DNA of 46,805 nt from Minisyncoccota bacterium (GTDB taxonomy: Bacteria > Patescibacteriota > Minisyncoccia > Minisyncoccales > Minisyncoccaceae): contig JBAZLP010000001.1 of assembly GCA_041650235.1 (NCBI GenBank), positions 1-46,805 of the forward strand, given 5' to 3'. The notes beneath the pieces are model-generated. The model saw only the letters and a program-made list of their open reading frames with translations, did not search any database and was not told where the DNA came from. Each line of letters starts with the position of its first letter. The first letter of the stretch is position 1. The translations under genes and the position numbers were made by a program. Shown piece by piece: positions 31,845-40,927 of this stretch.

Positions 31845-31904
31845 GATTCGAACCTACAACCTAATGCTTAACAGGCATCCGCGCTACCATTGCGCCACAC
31901 CGGA
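31833..31904 (-). tRNA. tRNA-Asn (anticodon GTT), 72 nt, CCA not encoded
   Basis: Hand fold: TCCGGTG TG GCGC AATGGTA GCGC G GATGC CTGTTAA GCATT AGGTT GTAGG TTCGAAT CCTAC CACCGGA G. The acceptor stem has a perfect 7 bp, the T-loop is TTCGAAT, and the anticodon loop is CT-GTT-AA. Confidence 0.9.
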
Positions 31905-31914
31905 ATATATCTGC

Positions 31915-31943
31915 AATATACATCAAAACCGCACCATTTTCAA
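31915..31943 (-). promoter_or_regulatory. Promoter for tRNA-Asn (TTGAAA-17-TATATT)
   Basis: The minus strand reads TTGAAA ATGGTGCGGTTTTGATG TATATT. The -10 ends 10 nt before the tRNA 5' end. Confidence 0.45.
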
Positions 31944-31950
31944 CCCTTTT

Positions 31951-33135
31951 TTAATACCCCTCCAACTTCTTCAGATTGCCGTGCTGGCGTATCTTCTCTA
32001 TGGCTTTAGCCTCGATCTGCCTGATCCTCTCTCTGGTAACCCCGAATTCCTGACCGACCTCCTCAAGAGTATGCGTCACCCCGTCGTCCAAACCGAAACG
32101 CATGGAAAGGATCTTCTGTTCCCTGTCCGCCAAGTCCCTGAATATCTCGTCCAAATGCTCCCTCAATAAGGTTCTTCCCGCCGAAGAAGCCGGAGACTCT
32201 ATCTTCTCATCCTTGATGAATTCTCCGAGGACGCTGTCTTTCTCGTCTTCTCCGACTGGAGTTTCCAAAGAAACTGCTTTCTGAGAAATCTTCTCCAGAT
32301 GCCTGACTTTCTCAACTTCTATCCCCATCTCTGCTGCAATCTCCTCTGCCAAAGGATCTCGATCCAATTCCTGCAACAGCTTCCTCTTGGCCTGGGTGTA
32401 TTTGGTCAATGTCTCAATCATGTGGACGGGAATACGGATAGTTCGAGCCTGATCGGCCAGAGCCCTGGTAATCGTCTGTCTGATCCACCAGGTGGCGTAT
32501 GTGGAAAACTTGTATCCTTTCCTCCAATCGAACTTCTCAACCGCCCTGAACAATCCAAGGTTTCCCTCCTGGATCAAATCAAGCAAAGTCAAATTGGGAG
32601 ATCGTCCTATATACTTCTTGGCTATGGAAACGACCAATCTGAGGTTAGCTTCGGCCAGCTTCCTCTTGGCATCCTCGTCCCCCGCTTCTATCCTTTTCGC
32701 CAAATCCTTCTCGTCTCTCGCTGTAATCGGATCGATCCTTCCTATCTCCTTCAAGTACGACTGGATCGAATCTATCTTTCCCGAAGAAACCCTCTTCCTT
32801 CCCTTCTTCTTAACCTCTTCCGTGTCGAGGTATCCCCTGGACTCCCTGACGTCTATGCTCAGCTGTTCCAGCTTGTCGAACATGGAATTAAGCTCCTGGA
32901 TGTTCTGCTCCACGTTGGGGAAGTAGTTCAAAATCTCGGAAAAGGTGATGAACCCCCTTGTTTTCCCCTTTTTGACGAGTTCGTCGAGCTTCTCCGGGGT
33001 TATAACCGAAATCACCCTCTTCTTCCTCTTTAGGGGCTTAATCGCCTTCTTTTTCGGAGCTTTCTTCTTCAGGACCTTTTTCTTCGGTTTCGCCGGCTTT
33101 TTCTTCGAAACCTTCTTTTGGGGCTTCTTCTTCAT
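31951..33135 (-). CDS. rpoD: Primary RNA polymerase sigma factor (sigma-70/RpoD) with a Lys-rich N-terminal extension
   Basis: Region 1.2, region 2 ([16 protein letters not shown]), region 3 and region 4.2 ([28 protein letters not shown]). The N-terminal 40 codons ([19 protein letters not shown]) overlap the dnaG 3' end. An alternative GTG start is at 33015. Confidence 0.9.
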   Translation of the reverse strand: MKKKPQKKVSKKKPAKPKKKVLKKKAPKKKAIKPLKRKKRVISVITPEKLDELVKKGKTRGFITFSEILNYFPNVEQNIQELNSMFDKLEQLSIDVRESRGYLDTEEVKKKGRKRVSSGKIDSIQSYLKEIGRIDPITARDEKDLAKRIEAGDEDAKRKLAEANLRLVVSIAKKYIGRSPNLTLLDLIQEGNLGLFRAVEKFDWRKGYKFSTYATWWIRQTITRALADQARTIRIPVHMIETLTKYTQAKRKLLQELDRDPLAEEIAAEMGIEVEKVRHLEKISQKAVSLETPVGEDEKDSVLGEFIKDEKIESPASSAGRTLLREHLDEIFRDLADREQKILSMRFGLDDGVTHTLEEVGQEFGVTRERIRQIEAKAIEKIRQHGNLKKLEGY

Positions 33136-34849
33136 TGTTTTTTATTAGCTTATTAAATTTAGACAGAAGTTCCGATACCTCCCCTCCCTCCCTCTCTTTG
33201 ATCTTTATCTCATCAACCAATCTCTCCCTTTCCTCCTTCAGGGATAATCTCTCAATCTCATCCAAGCACTTTTTGAACTCTTTATCAAGCTCTATCTCCG
33301 AATCCTTCAACAATTCCGACTTGATCAACATGTAATTCAGGAAGTTGTCATCGATCGAACCGTCGAGCAATTCTTCCGTTTTGATCGAAGGATTTTCCTT
33401 TATCCTCCCCAATATCTTCGCGATCCGAGACGAAAACGAAGAAATATCCAATCCGGAAACCAATGAAGGATCGATCAATGCTATGGCCAGCATGACCTCT
33501 TCCAGCATCTCCCCCCTCGTCTTCTTCTCTTTCTCGATAGCCCTTGTTTCTTCCGCGGAAACAGCCTCTACTCTCACTTTCTGCATCTCTTTCCTTATGT
33601 CCCCCTCCTTTATCTTAAGGCGGTTCCCCAATTCTTCGATCCAATAGCTCTGTTCTATGTTATTATCAATTTTCTTGAAAACAGGCAAGAGGTCGGAGGC
33701 GATCTTCTTCTTGTCTTCGAACAACTCCGGATCCCTCCCCTTGAAGGCCAGATCGAAATAGAAGCGGTTGATCGGCTTGGCTTCGTTGACCAATGAGGCC
33801 CATTTCTCCGGCCCCTCGATCAAAACTATGTCCGCCGGATCCTTTTCCGCAACCATGGAAATGACCTTGACGTTGAATCCGCTTTTCAAAGCCATGTCTA
33901 TGCCCTTCCCCGTAGCTTTGTTCCCGGCCAGGTCCATGTCGAATGCCAGAACCAGGTTCGATGTGTATCTCTTGATTATCCCCAAATGGATCGGGGTCAA
34001 AGCGGTTCCCGAAACGGCAATACAGTTCTTCACCCCTGCCTGATGGGACATGATGCAGTCGACGTTACCCTCGACCAGGACACAGAAATCTTTCTGCCGT
34101 ATCTCCATCTTGGCTTTGTCCATCCCGTACAGGGCCCGGCTCTTATCATACAAAAGAGTGTTGGGCACGTTCATGTATTTGGACTCCTCTTCCGACTTGA
34201 AGACGCGGCCGGTAAAGCCGATGACCGAAGAATTGAAATCGCAGATGGGGAACATTATCCTCGATCTGAACCTGTCGAAGAACTTCTGGGAATCCTTCCT
34301 TATAGCCAGGCCAGCCGAAACTATATTCTCCCTCGCAAAGCCCTGGCCGATAAGGTAATCGGACAAGCTCTGCCAGGAATTGGGGGCATACCCTATCCTC
34401 CAGTCCCTGATCGTCTCTTCGGTCAATCCTCTCTTCTTCAGATAATCCAGAACCTCCGTTCCCGTTCCGCTCTTTAATTGGGCGGAAAAGAACTTGGTCG
34501 CCCTTTCGTTTAAATCCAATAAAACCTGTCTCTCGCTCTTCATCTTCTCGTAGTCAGCCGAGCCCTTCTTCAACTGGACCCCGGCTTTGTCCGCCAGGAT
34601 CTTCAAAGCATCGACGAACTCGATTCCCTCAATCTTCATCACGAATTTGAAGACATCCCCGCCTTCGTTGCATCCCCCGAAGCAGTGCCACAATTGGCGG
34701 GAAGGAGAAACAAAAAAAGAAGCCGACTTTTCCGAATGAAAAGGACAGCGGGCTCTGTAATTGATTCCCGCTTTCTCCAGCTTGATATATGCGCCGACGA
34801 CATCCACGATGTTCAGGCGCGATTTTATCTCTTCTATGTCAGAACTCAT
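33038..34849 (-). CDS. dnaG: DNA primase
   Basis: CHC2 zinc finger [31 protein letters not shown] motifs ([18 protein letters not shown]). Confidence 0.9.
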   Translation of the reverse strand: MSSDIEEIKSRLNIVDVVGAYIKLEKAGINYRARCPFHSEKSASFFVSPSRQLWHCFGGCNEGGDVFKFVMKIEGIEFVDALKILADKAGVQLKKGSADYEKMKSERQVLLDLNERATKFFSAQLKSGTGTEVLDYLKKRGLTEETIRDWRIGYAPNSWQSLSDYLIGQGFARENIVSAGLAIRKDSQKFFDRFRSRIMFPICDFNSSVIGFTGRVFKSEEESKYMNVPNTLLYDKSRALYGMDKAKMEIRQKDFCVLVEGNVDCIMSHQAGVKNCIAVSGTALTPIHLGIIKRYTSNLVLAFDMDLAGNKATGKGIDMALKSGFNVKVISMVAEKDPADIVLIEGPEKWASLVNEAKPINRFYFDLAFKGRDPELFEDKKKIASDLLPVFKKIDNNIEQSYWIEELGNRLKIKEGDIRKEMQKVRVEAVSAEETRAIEKEKKTRGEMLEEVMLAIALIDPSLVSGLDISSFSSRIAKILGRIKENPSIKTEELLDGSIDDNFLNYMLIKSELLKDSEIELDKEFKKCLDEIERLSLKEERERLVDEIKIKEREGGEVSELLSKFNKLIKNNEEEAPKEGFEEKAGETEEKGPEEESSEKEGD

Positions 34850-34858
34850 AATATGCGA

Positions 34859-36118
34859 TTATTGTTTCCACTCTCCAAAAACGAGAGTCATATCGATCTC
34901 TTTTCCGTCCCTCAAAACCTTCAAAGAAACGGAATCGTTGGGATTGTATTTTGAGATCATCTTGGACAAAGTATTCTCCGTCGTCACTTTTTCTTCTCCC
35001 ATTTCCAAAATAATATCCCCTTCCTTCAGTCCGGCTTTCTCGGCCGGAGAACCCGAAGTGACTGCCGGCTCGTCCGCATCGCCCCCCTTTATCAATAATG
35101 CTCCGTAGTCGACGGAAATATTCCTTTCCTTAGCCGACTTGGCGTCCAAAACCACGTATCTCACCCCCATATATGGGTAAGATATCCTGCCCATATTCTT
35201 TACCTGCTCGATATCTTTCTTAGCCTTGTCTATCGATATGGCGAAACCCAAGCTCTGGCCCGAAGAAGCCACGGCCGTATTGATGCCGATCACCTCTCCC
35301 TTCAGATTCAATAAAGGCCCTCCGGAATTGCCGGGGTTTATAGCCGCATCCGTCTGGATAGTGTCTTCAAGCGTTTCCGTCCCTATCGTCGCTCCCGAAG
35401 CGACCAAGGTCCTACCTAATCCGGAAATGACTCCGACCGAAACCGTATTCTCAAATTCTCCCAAAGCGTTCCCTATGGCGATAACGCTCTGTCCGATCTG
35501 GATGTCGGACGCATTGCCTAAAACCAGGGGCTTGAAACTGTCTCCTCCCTGTATCTTCAATATGGCCAGATCCTGGACCGGATCCTTGGCCAAAACCTCA
35601 ACCGGATATTCTTTTCCCGCGCTGTTGATTACCGTATACTCCGCCTTCGCATCGGCGACCACATGCTTGTTGGTCAGAACCAATCCGTCCGAAGAGACGA
35701 TGAATCCCGTTCCCGCTCCGACCTGTTGCTTTTCTGTCCCCGTCTGCTTCTGCTCGGGAATCAAAAAAACATTATCCCCGAAAGGACTGTAGTACTCTGT
35801 CGAATAGACGGGAACCTCCTTGGTAATGACTACCGACACGACCGAAGGGGAATTCTCCTTAACCACGTCGATGACCTTCTGTTCCTGGCTGGTCTGGGGA
35901 ACGTATTCCTTCTCGATCACCTTTTCCGAAACTATGGGCACGCCCGCTTCGACCACCTCCTGCTTCAATTTAAGGTAGAAGACATAGCTCGAAGCCAGGC
36001 CCCCGATCAATCCGGTCAGAAAAACCAATATCAAAAACAATCCCGGGAAAGGGACCTTCTTTCCCGAAGGAGCGCTCAATCTTTTGAAATGTATTTCCGG
36101 CAGTCGGTATATGGACAT
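34859..36118 (-). CDS. htrA: HtrA/DegP-family serine protease (S1C) with a C-terminal PDZ domain
   Basis: N-terminal TM helix. Triad contexts LTNKHVV, DLAILK, GNSGGPLLN. The PDZ contains GSPAEKAGLKEGDIIL. Confidence 0.9.
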   Translation of the reverse strand: MSIYRLPEIHFKRLSAPSGKKVPFPGLFLILVFLTGLIGGLASSYVFYLKLKQEVVEAGVPIVSEKVIEKEYVPQTSQEQKVIDVVKENSPSVVSVVITKEVPVYSTEYYSPFGDNVFLIPEQKQTGTEKQQVGAGTGFIVSSDGLVLTNKHVVADAKAEYTVINSAGKEYPVEVLAKDPVQDLAILKIQGGDSFKPLVLGNASDIQIGQSVIAIGNALGEFENTVSVGVISGLGRTLVASGATIGTETLEDTIQTDAAINPGNSGGPLLNLKGEVIGINTAVASSGQSLGFAISIDKAKKDIEQVKNMGRISYPYMGVRYVVLDAKSAKERNISVDYGALLIKGGDADEPAVTSGSPAEKAGLKEGDIILEMGEEKVTTENTLSKMISKYNPNDSVSLKVLRDGKEIDMTLVFGEWKQ

Positions 36119-36122
36119 ATGC

Positions 36123-36830
36123 TTATCTCTTATCGTAATGGCCGAAATCGTACCTGACCTTCCTTTCCGCCTTTCCCAAGAATCCCATCTTCAGCCCGCA
36201 TTTCAGGTATTTGAACGCTGTCCTCCAGTATCCGTCCTTCTCGTATCGGCGCAAAGGCATGTATATCCTTACCCCCCTTATTATATCAAACTTGCCGTAT
36301 TTGCAAGCCTGGGTCGTGAAGTACACGTCTTCGGCCAGAGTGATGCTTTCGTCGAATCCCCCCACCTTCTCAAACACGTCTTTTTTGACCATTATGCCCA
36401 TGGCTCCCATGGCGAAAGCATTCTTCAATATTATCTGGGGGAAGTTATAGAAAAGGTTGAGGGTCAGGGGATTGAGATAGAAATTGTTCTTCTGGGGAAA
36501 GATATGGAACGAAGCAACTGTCAGATCATTTTCTTTGAAATAATCGACCGATTTCTTTACAAAATTCTTAGGGGCAAATTTCACATCCGCATCCATAAAG
36601 AAAAGGATGTCTCCCTTTGCCACCTTGGCTCCGCTGTTCCTCCCTCTCGCCGGCAGCCCTCCTTTGGTTATTATACAACCGTGCTTGCGGGAAATTTCAA
36701 CCGTCTTGTCCGCGCTCCCTGCGTCCGCGATGATGATTTCGTAATCGTCAAAACCGCCCTTGGATATCGCTTCCAATAACTTAGGCAATCTTTTCTCTTC
36801 GTTCAATGTCGGTATGATTATAGAAAGCAT
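36123..36830 (-). CDS. Family 2 glycosyltransferase
   Basis: LSIIIPTLNEE, ADAGSADKT and the FMDADV (DxD) motif. The start is placed at ATG 36830, just after the upstream stop. The track's 15-codon extension overlaps the upstream gene. Confidence 0.8.
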   Translation of the reverse strand: MLSIIIPTLNEEKRLPKLLEAISKGGFDDYEIIIADAGSADKTVEISRKHGCIITKGGLPARGRNSGAKVAKGDILFFMDADVKFAPKNFVKKSVDYFKENDLTVASFHIFPQKNNFYLNPLTLNLFYNFPQIILKNAFAMGAMGIMVKKDVFEKVGGFDESITLAEDVYFTTQACKYGKFDIIRGVRIYMPLRRYEKDGYWRTAFKYLKCGLKMGFLGKAERKVRYDFGHYDKR

Positions 36831-36831
36831 G

Positions 36832-37827
36832 TTATTCGAATAATTTAACGGCTTCGTTCCAGATGGCCGGATCATTGTTTACCGTCTTCATGTAATACCA
36901 CCACTCGGCTCCCCAGAAATAGAAAGTGTCTATCCCCGTCCTTCTGGCGAAGTCCACATTCTTCTCGAACTGTGCGAGATTCATCGTCTTCTCCTGCTCC
37001 TTAAGGGATGAGTTCATTATCGAATTGGCGCACCACGGCTCGGCCTGAAGCTCCGTCCCGATGACATCCTTCTTGAAGAGCTTTTTCACTATCTCCACCC
37101 GGCGCTCATAGAAGATAGCCGGGAGAGGATACGAAACGTATGCCTTCAGCTGCTGCTGCCAGACCTTCCTGTATGTGGTTATCCCGACTATATCCGCTCC
37201 GGAAACGGAAGAACGGAACCACAGTGAAAGCTCTCCGCTGTCGGTCGTAATCACCGGATGCCCGGGATCGTTCAACTTTACAAAAGCGATTTCCTCCCTC
37301 CAGAAATCCTCGTCGTACCAGGGACAGGCTCCGAACTTGAAAAGAGGCTCGTTCTCGACCTGCCAGCCGGACAAAGACGGAGAATCTTTGTATCTTGAAA
37401 CAACCGTCTTCAGCATCTCCAATATGGCCTTCTGCTGCCCCGCCTTATCCTCGTTCCTCGCCCACTGGGGCAGATGGCATTCCGGCCAGTGAGGCACCTT
37501 CATGCCCACCGCCAGAACGACTTGGGCATCCCTCTTCTCCGCCTCTTTCATTTGCCAGTCCAATTCGTCGAAATCATATTTGCCATCCTCTTTCTCGATC
37601 AAATCCCAATAGACCGCTATCTTCACGTTCTTCGCATTGAGATCGTCCAAGATGGCGAGATACGTCTCCTTGGCGTCCAATTTCAAGAACTCGGTCTGCT
37701 TGACCGAAAAATCCACCCCCCAGGTCATATTCTCCGCGGGACGGGAAAAACCGATGAAGAAATAGCCGATAAAGGCCAGGACCGCTATGAGGACGATCCA
37801 CATGATGTATTTGAAGAAAGGCGTCAT
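36832..37827 (-). CDS. Membrane-anchored clan GH-A (TIM-barrel) glycoside hydrolase-like protein
   Basis: N-terminal TM helix. WQVENEP is the acid/base NEP motif of GH-A families (GH5/GH42-like). The family cannot be assigned by eye. Confidence 0.5.
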   Translation of the reverse strand: MTPFFKYIMWIVLIAVLAFIGYFFIGFSRPAENMTWGVDFSVKQTEFLKLDAKETYLAILDDLNAKNVKIAVYWDLIEKEDGKYDFDELDWQMKEAEKRDAQVVLAVGMKVPHWPECHLPQWARNEDKAGQQKAILEMLKTVVSRYKDSPSLSGWQVENEPLFKFGACPWYDEDFWREEIAFVKLNDPGHPVITTDSGELSLWFRSSVSGADIVGITTYRKVWQQQLKAYVSYPLPAIFYERRVEIVKKLFKKDVIGTELQAEPWCANSIMNSSLKEQEKTMNLAQFEKNVDFARRTGIDTFYFWGAEWWYYMKTVNNDPAIWNEAVKLFE

Positions 37828-37841
37828 TGCCTCCTATTATA

Positions 37842-38729
37842 TTAAATCCCGGCTAAAGAATCAATTCTCTCCCGGTATTCATCCAAACCGATATTCCCCG
37901 AAGATAAAAGATTGTTCAATCCGGCGTAATACTGTTCTTTGATCTTAGAAGTCGGAATCGCTTCGTTGTACATCCTGGCTTCGTCTATCAACCCGGAATA
38001 ATACGATGATGCCGGAGCTCCTCCGACCAAATAAGTTCCCAAAGACAGATTTCCCGACGAATTGTATATTGCCGTAAAGGAATCATCATACGTCTTGGTC
38101 ACGGAAACATCTTGGCCGTCAATATACAACTTCAAAGATCCGGAATTCCAGGTAAATCCGACCAGATGCCAGACATTGTCAAAAGCCGCGACCGAAGAAT
38201 AATATGATTTCCTGTAGCCGGAATCCCAGCTTCCGTTGCTCGACAAAAGAACGACAAATTTATTGGAGGAAATCGATCCGGCCAGCCAAGACCTGTTGTT
38301 GCCCGATCCGTCATAATGGCCCAAAAAATATTTATCCGACTGAGAGCTTCCCTTGATCCAGGCCATCGCCGTCATCTTGGATCCGAAATTGAAAACCGCA
38401 TCATCGGCAATATTGATATAGTCGGAAGACCCGTTGAAAGAAAGGCACGATCCTTGAGGACAATCTGCAGTCACTGTTGTCGTCCCGTGGAGAGTTCCGT
38501 TCTTCCCTCCCCAAGAATCATTAGCATTCCCGTCAAGCTTGTATTCGGCGACCAGATTCATCATCAAAGCATTCCTCAAAGAATTGGAAAACACCTGGCT
38601 CTTGGCAATATTCGCCTTGGCCGTCACTCCGTTCATTGTGACGACAATCAAGCCGGACAGAATACCGATAATGGCTATGACCACCAATAATTCAATCAAC
38701 GTGAATGCCAATTTTACCGATTTCTCCAT
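37842..38729 (-). CDS. Type IV pilin-like protein fused to a LamG/concanavalin-A-like lectin domain
   Basis: The prepilin motif FTLIELLVVIAIIGILSG is followed by LamG_3-type hallmarks (LSFNGSSDYINI, WHLVGFTWNSGSLKLYIDG, IDEARMYN). Confidence 0.75.
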   Translation of the reverse strand: MEKSVKLAFTLIELLVVIAIIGILSGLIVVTMNGVTAKANIAKSQVFSNSLRNALMMNLVAEYKLDGNANDSWGGKNGTLHGTTTVTADCPQGSCLSFNGSSDYINIADDAVFNFGSKMTAMAWIKGSSQSDKYFLGHYDGSGNNRSWLAGSISSNKFVVLLSSNGSWDSGYRKSYYSSVAAFDNVWHLVGFTWNSGSLKLYIDGQDVSVTKTYDDSFTAIYNSSGNLSLGTYLVGGAPASSYYSGLIDEARMYNEAIPTSKIKEQYYAGLNNLLSSGNIGLDEYRERIDSLAGI

Positions 38730-38732
38730 ATC

Positions 38733-39629
38733 TTAAGCGATTAAAATCGCCAATCCCAAAACAATGATAATTATAGAAACTATCTTCTGCAAAACGACCC
38801 TTCTATTCATCTCTTCCTTCAAGACGTTGGGAAGGAAGCAGGAAACGAATACGACCATGAGGAAAAGGAAGACGTACTGGATCCCCTTCATCGAATTCAT
38901 TATGGCGAGATAGGCGACGGGGGCCACGGCAATGGAAAAACTCTGTAATATGTTCGCCGCTCCTCCCGAAGCCTGGGTGATTAAAAACAGCACTCCCGTC
39001 TTCTTGTTCATTCCGTTGTCTTCGGACATTTCTTTCCTGAACCCTTTGTCGAAAAGGAATATCAAAACGAAAATGAAGCTGAATATCCTCATCCAGATGA
39101 ATCCCGGCCAGAAAGCCATATCCAGGAAGACGAACTTGGAAAAAATGAAATCTAAAGAGAAAAGCAAAGACGTCAGAAGCCCTATCTCCAAACTCTTCCT
39201 TGTTATCTTAGGATTCTTGTCGATCGAAATCAGGATGCTTCCGGCCAAAAGGACGATGAAAGCGATTACATTCCTCGTTTCAACGGACTGGAATCCCCAG
39301 AAGACGAGGGAAAGTATCCCTATGAATATCGGCTGGGTCGCTCCGATGGTGGGAACGATCCTCGAAACCTCGAAATTCTCGAGGGCGTAGAAAAGGGCGT
39401 ACAGTCCCGCGACATATACGATCGCTTCGAGGATTATCCAAGCCAGGGTCTGCCCGGAAGGAAGACAGAACTCAACAAAGGGGATCAGGAAAACCGCAAG
39501 GATGCTGAACACCCCCACGAAAAAAGTGTATGATTTCGGCTTAGAAGGCCCGGAGAGGACGATCTTGTCCCCCAATGAAGCGAAAGCGAAAAAGAAATAT
39601 GAAAGGATTATCGATATGAGCCAGATCAT
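38733..39629 (-). CDS. Ten-TM DMT/EamA-like transporter
   Basis: 298 aa with about 10 hydrophobic helices in two similar halves. The family call rests on topology only. Confidence 0.5.
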   Translation of the reverse strand: MIWLISIILSYFFFAFASLGDKIVLSGPSKPKSYTFFVGVFSILAVFLIPFVEFCLPSGQTLAWIILEAIVYVAGLYALFYALENFEVSRIVPTIGATQPIFIGILSLVFWGFQSVETRNVIAFIVLLAGSILISIDKNPKITRKSLEIGLLTSLLFSLDFIFSKFVFLDMAFWPGFIWMRIFSFIFVLIFLFDKGFRKEMSEDNGMNKKTGVLFLITQASGGAANILQSFSIAVAPVAYLAIMNSMKGIQYVFLFLMVVFVSCFLPNVLKEEMNRRVVLQKIVSIIIIVLGLAILIA

Positions 39630-40909
39630 TTTTGTATCTGTTCTTTTATCTTAAACGTTCCCATCTTCTCTCCGGAAATGAATCCTTCCATGGCCATGTC
39701 GGCGAAATACCCTTCTTCAAGCCAATCGTAAAGCCATTCTTTAACATGCTCTATCTCCCTCTGCTCGACCCCGAATCCCGACTTCAAAAGCCAGGCCTTG
39801 TTGTATTCCTCCTGCGATCCGATTGTCGGAGCGATGATTACGGGCAATCCCAAGGCGGCATAGAAAGAAAGCTCCGACGGCTTGGTCCATAGTATGTCGG
39901 TCTTCCTTAAAATCAGATTGAACTTGTCGTAGTATTCTTCAAAACTGCTCCCGTAGACGATTTCTATCCCCGAGCCGATCATCTCTCCCAGTCCCCCGTT
40001 CCTCAGTTCCTTCTCGAAATATTCCTTGATGTTCTTTTTCGTCCCGGCGACGAGGACGATCTTCAGTCTTCCGCCGTATATTATCTTCTTCAATCTCCTC
40101 GCCAGTTCCACCCCTATCTCTTTCTGCGCTCCGGCCCCTCCGACAGCAAAAGTGATCGTCAAAGGATGATTGGACTTCTCGGGGAGCTTTCCCAGCTTCT
40201 CGCGGATGATGAAGTCGTGATTCTTCCTGTATTTGCGGGAGGGGTCCAGGTTGACTATTCTGTTTTTCATATCCTCCAAAAGCACCTCCATATTCTTGCC
40301 TCCGATGTTTTCGATGGGCAATGGATAGCCGGTCATAATGATGTTCTGCTTCTTTACCCCGTACAATCTCAATCTCTGTCCCGTCCTCACATTGGGGGTG
40401 AAATACTTGATGCGGGAATCCTTGCCGCTCGGAGGAGCCCAACTCCTCGAAATGTCGGCATCGCAGATGACGCAGTATATGTCTCCCGGATACTTGAAAT
40501 GCTCGGCCATGAAAGCCGGGTTATGGAAAGTGGAAACGAGAGGGACATTCTTCTTGGATAATCTTTCGATCAGGTCCTTGCCCCAGCCCCGCTTGAACAG
40601 CCCGACCGTCCTTTCCTGGGTGAAGGTTGATCCGCTCATGTCTTTGGAATCGTAGAAATCCTTTATCCTCTGAGTGGCGTCAAAGAGGTTGAAAGCGATA
40701 TTGCCGAAAAGGGGGAACTTCTTGAAACGGGAAATGAATTCGTAGAAATAACGGGAGCTCTCCCAGACCTTCCTGTCCCCTTCGGGTATCCCGGGATAAT
40801 CGTTGGCGCAGACAATCTTCCCTTCTTCGGCGAAGGATTTAAGCGGATAAGCGGTCCTCTGGTGCCCGTATCCCATGTTTATCGAAACTACCCATGCTTT
40901 CTTGTTCAT
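39626..40909 (-). CDS. Putative GT-B fold glycosyltransferase (MGDG-synthase/MurG-like)
   Basis: N-terminal VSINMGYGHQRTA (G-x-GH loop) and a central TFAVGGAGAQKE Rossmann-type loop. The assignment is weak. Confidence 0.4.
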   Translation of the reverse strand: MNKKAWVVSINMGYGHQRTAYPLKSFAEEGKIVCANDYPGIPEGDRKVWESSRYFYEFISRFKKFPLFGNIAFNLFDATQRIKDFYDSKDMSGSTFTQERTVGLFKRGWGKDLIERLSKKNVPLVSTFHNPAFMAEHFKYPGDIYCVICDADISRSWAPPSGKDSRIKYFTPNVRTGQRLRLYGVKKQNIIMTGYPLPIENIGGKNMEVLLEDMKNRIVNLDPSRKYRKNHDFIIREKLGKLPEKSNHPLTITFAVGGAGAQKEIGVELARRLKKIIYGGRLKIVLVAGTKKNIKEYFEKELRNGGLGEMIGSGIEIVYGSSFEEYYDKFNLILRKTDILWTKPSELSFYAALGLPVIIAPTIGSQEEYNKAWLLKSGFGVEQREIEHVKEWLYDWLEEGYFADMAMEGFISGEKMGTFKIKEQIQK

Positions 40910-40927
40910 GCTTCAATTATACCTTAA

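Noticed and set aside
23296-31904. Classical integron interpretation of the cassette array
   Set aside because: There is no IntI-type tyrosine recombinase and no Pc/attI arrangement. The repeats are not imperfect palindromes like attC, and each cassette has its own promoter and often a terminator. A tRNA-att accretion model fits better.
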